Assembly (NCBI GenBank): GCA_045546895.1
Contig: JAZQDS010000028.1
Coordinates: forward strand, 1-49,385
DNA from: Eubacteriales bacterium
Lineage (GTDB): Bacteria > Bacillota > Clostridia > Oscillospirales > QAKW01
Direction of reading: 5' to 3'
Length of the DNA stretch: 49,385 nt
Shown here: piece by piece, positions 44,195 to 49,385 of the stretch
Layout of the letters: each line of letters opens with the position of its first letter
Numbering within the stretch: the first letter of the stretch is position 1
Made by a program: the position numbers and the translations under genes
Notes under the pieces: generated by a model
Told to the model about the DNA's origin: nothing
Database searches by the model: none
What the model saw: only the letters and a program-made list of their open reading frames with translations

Positions 44195-45052
44195 TTAACC
44201 CTTAATACCGGCATGCGCCATTGTCTTAACCGTGCTGCTCTGCGCAAAGATAAAGAAGATAATCGGCGGGATCATCATCAAAACAGATGCCGCAGCGGCT
44301 TCGCCGGCTCTCGCAACGCTTCCCGCTGCAGTAATCTGGCTCAGAGCAGTCGGCAAGGTTTTAAGTGTTTCAGTATAAATATAGGAAGCAGCAGTTGCAT
44401 TCCAGTTTCTTTGGAACGAGAAGATTGCCAGCGTCAGCCACGCAGGCTTAACGGAGGGCATAACAACCGACCAAAGAATTTTCCAATCTCCTGCGCCGTC
44501 AATTCGGGCAGCTTCGATCATTGCATCAGGAATCTCAGCAATATTTTGCTTCAGCAAGAATACACCCATAGTCGCTGCAATTTCGGGCAGCCAGAATGCA
44601 AAATAAGTATCAACAATACCAAACTTCGCCATTACCAAGTAAACAGGAATTTCAGTAACACCACCGGTAAAGAGCAGCGACCACACAACAAGATTGAAGA
44701 TCAGCTTCTTGCCGGGGAACTTATTCTTTGCAAGCGGATATGCACACATTGCAGCAGAAATAATATGAATAACAGTACCGATAATTGTATTCATCAAAGT
44801 ATTGAATACATAACGGGAAAAAGGAACCCACGAAGTAGATGTAAGGTCAAACAATCTACGGAAGTTCATCATTGTGGGGTTGCGGGTAAAGAATCTGGGC
44901 GGGAAAATAAACAACTCATTATAAGGCTTTACAGACTGAACAATCGCGTAAACCAAAGGCAACGCCATGAAAGCAGCATAGAGAGCAAGTAAAAGATAAG
45001 TTGTAATATCGCCGACAACAGAAGCTTTTGTTCTTCTAAGTTTTGTAGACAT
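44195..45052 (-). CDS. Carbohydrate ABC permease (MalG type), first pair
   Basis: CAYPLAKNKFPGK, IPDAMIEAARIDGA. Confidence 0.93.
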   Translation of the reverse strand: MSTKLRRTKASVVGDITTYLLLALYAAFMALPLVYAIVQSVKPYNELFIFPPRFFTRNPTMMNFRRLFDLTSTSWVPFSRYVFNTLMNTIIGTVIHIISAAMCAYPLAKNKFPGKKLIFNLVVWSLLFTGGVTEIPVYLVMAKFGIVDTYFAFWLPEIAATMGVFLLKQNIAEIPDAMIEAARIDGAGDWKILWSVVMPSVKPAWLTLAIFSFQRNWNATAASYIYTETLKTLPTALSQITAAGSVARAGEAAAASVLMMIPPIIFFIFAQSSTVKTMAHAGIKG

Positions 45053-45072
45053 TCTTTATTACTCTCCTTTCC

Positions 45073-46035
45073 TTAATCATGAGAAAAACGTGCAAGTACT
45101 TTATTAATAACAGCTTTAGTAACAACCATCATAATAAAGAGGAAAACAGCAATCGCCGAAGCGTAGCCCAATTCAAAGCGGGTATGACCAAAGTCCGAAA
45201 TGTGCAATGTCAGGGTATGGCCGGCATAGTCAACCGAGGGGTTACCCAGCAAAGCGGAAGAAATACCACCTACTGCGAAGGAGGATGCAATCTGCATAAC
45301 CGCACCAAACATCAACATACCGCTCATCTGAGGAAGAGTGATATAGTAAAGTTCCTGGAAACGATTGCGAACACCATCAATCGCGCCGGCTTCAGCAAGG
45401 GATTCATCCAGATTCTGCAAGCCTGCAACGAACGAAAGGAAGCTGGTTCCCAGCGAACACCAAATCTGAACGATAATAACAATGGTCAACATATAATCCG
45501 TATTGGTAAGCCAAGCGATCGGATCATCGATAATGCCAAGGTTCATCAATACCGAGTTGATCAAACCATACATATCCGAGCTAAACATATATTGGAAAAT
45601 GAAATATACGTTTGCGAGAGTCGGAGCATAGAATACAACGGTAAAGAACGCGCGCGCAATCGGCGGCAGATCATTAATAAACCATGCAAAAACAAAGCAA
45701 AGTAAGTAGCTTACCGGACCGGTAATGATCGCAAATTGGAGAGTATTCTTCAAAGCGATCATAAATACATCGTCTTCAAGGAACATCCGCAGATAATTGT
45801 CCCATCCGACAAATACCGGAGTATTCAAAATATCATAGCGGGTAAACGAAAGGAAGACCGAAGCGCCAATGGGGATAATTGTAAATAATGTAAAGAATGC
45901 CATGAAGGGCAAAATTAAAACATAGTTGATTTTATTATCGCAGATCTGGCGCCAAGTAAGAGCAAGCTTTTCGGAAAAGGTAAGCTTTTTCTTTTTCAAG
46001 AGCTCCAGCTCTTTTGCTTTTCTATTATCAGCCAT
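45073..46035 (-). CDS. Carbohydrate ABC permease (MalF type), first pair
   Basis: FVGWDNY, FYAP, GLQNLDESLAEAGAIDG, GYASAIA. Confidence 0.93.
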   Translation of the reverse strand: MADNRKAKELELLKKKKLTFSEKLALTWRQICDNKINYVLILPFMAFFTLFTIIPIGASVFLSFTRYDILNTPVFVGWDNYLRMFLEDDVFMIALKNTLQFAIITGPVSYLLCFVFAWFINDLPPIARAFFTVVFYAPTLANVYFIFQYMFSSDMYGLINSVLMNLGIIDDPIAWLTNTDYMLTIVIIVQIWCSLGTSFLSFVAGLQNLDESLAEAGAIDGVRNRFQELYYITLPQMSGMLMFGAVMQIASSFAVGGISSALLGNPSVDYAGHTLTLHISDFGHTRFELGYASAIAVFLFIMMVVTKAVINKVLARFSHD

Positions 46036-49000
46036 TATTTCTTCGCCTCCTCCGGAACAGAAAGATGATACTCGGAACGCTTACGCCAAATTTCATCATT
46101 AATCTGTTCATTATAATAGAACAATTTTTCGCGCGGGTTAGAATGATTATTAGTAACATTACGGAACGCATTGGTGATATTACGCTGAACATAATAACCA
46201 CCTACCAGCTCAGGAGTCTCGCGGATCCACTGCCGCTGCTCTTTGATTGCAGCCGCCTCCGCTGCAGACCACTTAATCTTTTCAAAAGCCTCGTAGTTTG
46301 CGGTGGTATATCTTGCAACGGAACCGATCGCCATTTCAACACGGTTACCGTAATCTGCCATGATTTCGGCAGAAGTCCACCACTTCATAAAGGTCCACGC
46401 ATCCTCCAGCTGCTGCTCGGGATTCTTCGCCTGCTCGATGGTGCTGGAAACGATCATACAAGCAGTAAGACCAACAGACTCTTCGGTTCTGTTTACAATA
46501 CCGGTTTCTTCATCTAGAGTGCCGGGAACGGGGGAAACATTCCAAAGTCCGTTCAATTCAGGAGCAGATTCCTGCAGATAAGTAATATTAGAATAGGTAG
46601 TAAGTACGAGCGGCATCTCACCATTTCTGAAACGTGTATACCAGCTATAATCTACCGGCAAATCATATTGCAGATAGTAGCGGGTCCATTTTTCAAAGGC
46701 ATCAACTGCAAACTGCTTTGTGAAGTTTGTAATGGTGCCGTCTGCAGCATAGGGAGTATTTCCGCTTTGGAGAATGAAAGTATAGAACAAGCTGGAATCA
46801 ATACCAACCGTCATATTGTTTGCCTGAATAAAGGGCAAGATATTATCAAAATCATCCCAAGTATTCGGAGCAGAAATGCCCAATTCGGCAAAAATATCGG
46901 TTCTATAGAACATCATATTGAAGTTTTGGGTTTCAGGCAGAGCATAAACCTCTTGAATATCGTTGCCTTCATCATCCTTTGTGCTCAAGGTATAAGGAAC
47001 CATCGCATATTCAGTAAACCGCTTAACAACCTCATCGTAATCTTCAAACTGGCTGATGTCATATACCGCATCACGAACGCCAAGGTTCATCGGCTCGGAA
47101 CGGGATACATGCAAAGCAATATCGGGGCCACGGCCTGCAACAATCGCTTTGGAAAGAATTGCCAGAGGAACCAACGAAACGTTTACGGAAATATCAGTTT
47201 GCGGAGTGAAATAGTTATCGCAAAGGGTTTTCAAAACCATCGCCTGGTCACGGCCGGTACCAACCCAAACAACGAGATTACGTCCGCTCTCGCTGGTAGC
47301 ACCAACAGAGGTATAGTCATCAACAAAGGAGGACCAAAATGCGCGAACCTCATGGGCGATGGATTCGCCAAAGTTCGCAGTCTGGCGGGTAGCCTTCATA
47401 CCTTCGCCTGTAAAGATGATCTTATCAATCTGAAGGGGCTGCTTTCTTAAATCCAGCATCCAAGAGCTGAGGGTACTAATATTATCTTTAAAGGTAGAAA
47501 GACGATCGGGAATAGAATAAGGTGCATCAATGAAGTCCTGCAATTGCTTTTTCAAGGTTGTAATGCAGCTGGCAGAACCAAGAGTCCCATTCAGCTCAAG
47601 GATCTGATTTTCGATAGAAACAAGGTCCTCCAGAACGGAACCAAACATCTCTTCAAGACCTTCAACACGTCTATCCAGCTCGTAGTCGCGATATGTATCG
47701 GGCTGGGTACCGGTAACGATGATGATCTTACGATAGATATAGTTCAGCTGATAAACAATATCTTCCGCCTCACGGCTTACACCGGCCATCGGGCCGATGA
47801 TAGCTTCAAGCGAAAATTCATGCTTACCCTTGGTAAGATAAAATTTATAATCATAAGACTTGCCTTCAGCATCAACGCCGCCAAGCTTCTTATATCTATA
47901 GCCAACCTCAAAGGGGAAACCAACAGTAGCAGCCTCGGCAAAAGGAACCTTTCCATCGATCAGAATTTTTCTGAACGACGTAGAATCCGCAACATAAGAC
48001 TGACGATATCGAACGCCAACGGTATAATAACCATCAGCAGGAACATCGATCGTCCAGTTTACGGTCTGGCCGTTTTTATTCCAGTTTTCACCGCCCAGAA
48101 CGTTCATTCTGGTCTTGCTGATGCTATAGGGCGAAACCTTCGGATCGCTTCTGTCGTAAGCAGGTTGAATCAATGAATCACTCTTATCGACATAATTCTC
48201 TGTTTCGAGAGTAAACTCCTGCTCAACATTTTGCGCACCGTTTGCATCATTAAGGGCAATGTAATCGGCATAAGACATCGCTGCTCCGCTATTATGGAGG
48301 CGGATGTGGTCCAGAGCCATAATACCGGTAGTAAAGCCGATTTCAAGCTCATGGGTTCCCTTGGTCAGATAAAACTTCACAGGATCATCAAATACACCGT
48401 CAGGATCACGCAAGCTCTTGCTCAACCATTTTGAAACCTCAACCTGCTTAGCGAAAAGCTCATTGCCGACTTCATCAAACACGCGCTTACCACCCTCATC
48501 ACCCCAGTTTCTCTTCAAAATGAAACGAAGTGCATCATCGTGGGGAAGCTTGCCGTCAACTTTAACAGAGATTTCATAGTCCTTGCCGTTGCCATCGCCA
48601 AGCAGCGGAAAATATTCCAGCTCCAAAGCATAAAGGCCGGTCTGAGGAACCTCAACCTTGTAGATAAGGCTGCCGGTATCGGTCATAACAAGCACCTGAT
48701 CGCGCCGCTCATAAGAATCAACGCTCTTATAAGGAGCAGTACCGCCGGCCACTGCGTTGCCTTCAACGATAATCTCGGGAAGAACAACATCGTGCTCTTG
48801 ATACTTCGAATAATAATCGACATAGCGACCATCGCGATAGAAACCGATCAGCGAAATCTCGCTTTGGGCATCAGAGCCTTCAACAGCAACACTTTCAGCA
48901 GGAGCATCATTCGATTCTGCCTCTTCCTCTTCAGCGCCCGCAGCATCATCGGTTGCTTCAACAGTGCTGTCTACAGCAACATCGCCATCCTCAACCATCA

Positions 49001-49109
49001 TATCTGCTTCATCCGCAAAAGCGAAAACAGACATAGAGAGCGACATTACGAGCACCAGCAAAGCAGCTGTGAACGAACGCAGAAAAGCATACATTCTCGT
49101 GTCTTTCAT
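46035..49109 (-). CDS. Giant (1024 aa) extracellular solute-binding protein with two CBM-like N-terminal modules
   Basis: Sec signal ending AFA, acidic linker, two related beta-rich modules, helical segment, C-terminal family-1 SBP domain (GRGPDIA, YALPETQNFNMMFYRTDIF, PNTWDD, AWTFMKWW). Confidence 0.88.
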   Translation of the reverse strand: MKDTRMYAFLRSFTAALLVLVMSLSMSVFAFADEADMMVEDGDVAVDSTVEATDDAAGAEEEEAESNDAPAESVAVEGSDAQSEISLIGFYRDGRYVDYYSKYQEHDVVLPEIIVEGNAVAGGTAPYKSVDSYERRDQVLVMTDTGSLIYKVEVPQTGLYALELEYFPLLGDGNGKDYEISVKVDGKLPHDDALRFILKRNWGDEGGKRVFDEVGNELFAKQVEVSKWLSKSLRDPDGVFDDPVKFYLTKGTHELEIGFTTGIMALDHIRLHNSGAAMSYADYIALNDANGAQNVEQEFTLETENYVDKSDSLIQPAYDRSDPKVSPYSISKTRMNVLGGENWNKNGQTVNWTIDVPADGYYTVGVRYRQSYVADSTSFRKILIDGKVPFAEAATVGFPFEVGYRYKKLGGVDAEGKSYDYKFYLTKGKHEFSLEAIIGPMAGVSREAEDIVYQLNYIYRKIIIVTGTQPDTYRDYELDRRVEGLEEMFGSVLEDLVSIENQILELNGTLGSASCITTLKKQLQDFIDAPYSIPDRLSTFKDNISTLSSWMLDLRKQPLQIDKIIFTGEGMKATRQTANFGESIAHEVRAFWSSFVDDYTSVGATSESGRNLVVWVGTGRDQAMVLKTLCDNYFTPQTDISVNVSLVPLAILSKAIVAGRGPDIALHVSRSEPMNLGVRDAVYDISQFEDYDEVVKRFTEYAMVPYTLSTKDDEGNDIQEVYALPETQNFNMMFYRTDIFAELGISAPNTWDDFDNILPFIQANNMTVGIDSSLFYTFILQSGNTPYAADGTITNFTKQFAVDAFEKWTRYYLQYDLPVDYSWYTRFRNGEMPLVLTTYSNITYLQESAPELNGLWNVSPVPGTLDEETGIVNRTEESVGLTACMIVSSTIEQAKNPEQQLEDAWTFMKWWTSAEIMADYGNRVEMAIGSVARYTTANYEAFEKIKWSAAEAAAIKEQRQWIRETPELVGGYYVQRNITNAFRNVTNNHSNPREKLFYYNEQINDEIWRKRSEYHLSVPEEAKK

Positions 49110-49182
49110 AAACTACCTCCAAGTAAGTTTGATCAGCATTTCAAGGAACTCGCATTCCTTTTGCAAATCTGCCAAAAGGCTT

Positions 49183-49199
49183 TTGAACAAATTACACAA
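49183..49199. promoter_or_regulatory. Putative operator, copy 3 (in the leader of the sugar operon)
   Basis: TTGAACAAATTACACAA within TTTTG...CAAAA. Confidence 0.45.
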
Positions 49200-49236
49200 A
49201 AGAAATTTACGCGTTTTTATCCATACTATCGCTGAA

Positions 49237-49265
49237 ATTATAGCATATTATATATAAAATTTCAA
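49237..49265 (-). promoter_or_regulatory. Sigma-A promoter of the eight-gene sugar-uptake operon
   Basis: TTGAAA-17 bp-TATAAT with extended TG. Confidence 0.75.
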
Positions 49266-49333
49266 TAATAAATTAAAAAATTTTGAATTTTGTTTTGAAA
49301 TTTAGCTTATTTCAGTTTTGTTTACATAATTAT

Positions 49334-49350
49334 TTGTGCATAATAACCAA
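49334..49350. promoter_or_regulatory. Putative operator, copy 4 (upstream of the sugar operon, inverted)
   Basis: TTGTGCATAATAACCAA; reverse complement TTGGTTATTATGCACAA. Confidence 0.55.
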
Positions 49351-49385
49351 AAATGCCGCTTCTAAAAATTTAGGTGCGGCATTTT
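49349..49385 (-). terminator. Terminator of an upstream gene outside the window
   Basis: AAAATGCCGC...GCGGCATTTT inverted repeat. Confidence 0.7.

Noticed and set aside
1-49385. CRISPR arrays, IS elements, prophage, defence islands, riboswitches
   Set aside because: No spaced direct repeats, transposase, integrase or phage genes seen; intergenic regions are short and mostly explained by promoters and terminators. A covariance-model (Rfam) scan was not possible, so small RNAs are not excluded.

Overview
Core-chromosome segment of a spore-forming Clostridia member (Oscillospiraceae/Ruminococcaceae-like by gene content and order; this is inference). No mobile elements, CRISPR arrays or rRNA were seen. 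From left to right: holA (truncated) and comEC; a 50-aa small ORF; spoIVA; a five-gene operon (lipoprotein, catalytically dead ClpP homologue, ComEC-like MBL hydrolase, DUF3006-like, lspA); a Cys-rich gene with a sigK-type promoter; dCMP deaminase; tRNA-Gly(CCC); split transketolase; rarA-nth; secD-secF; asp23; the complete spoIIIAA-AH operon back-to-back with an enolase carrying a forespore-type promoter; msmX, then cdaR-ftsE-ftsX-envC-ctpA; rsuA; DUF4830-like; a divergent EF-G paralogue; two full-length P-type ATPase homologues lacking their catalytic motifs on either side of rlmB; a 54-aa small ORF; and an 11.8-kb eight-gene carbohydrate-uptake operon (1024-aa solute-binding protein, four permeases, NHL/TPR, Yip1-like and DUF5696-like proteins, no ATPase). 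Best leads: (1) the eight-gene importer, linked to the orphan msmX and to cdaR-ftsEX by a shared 17-bp operator-like motif; (2) several intact pseudoenzymes (ClpR-like ClpP, pseudo-P1B and pseudo-P2 ATPases, degenerate EF-G2). Family assignments come from motif recognition by eye, not from database searches. Start codons were moved to RBS-supported positions where this differs from the ORF track.
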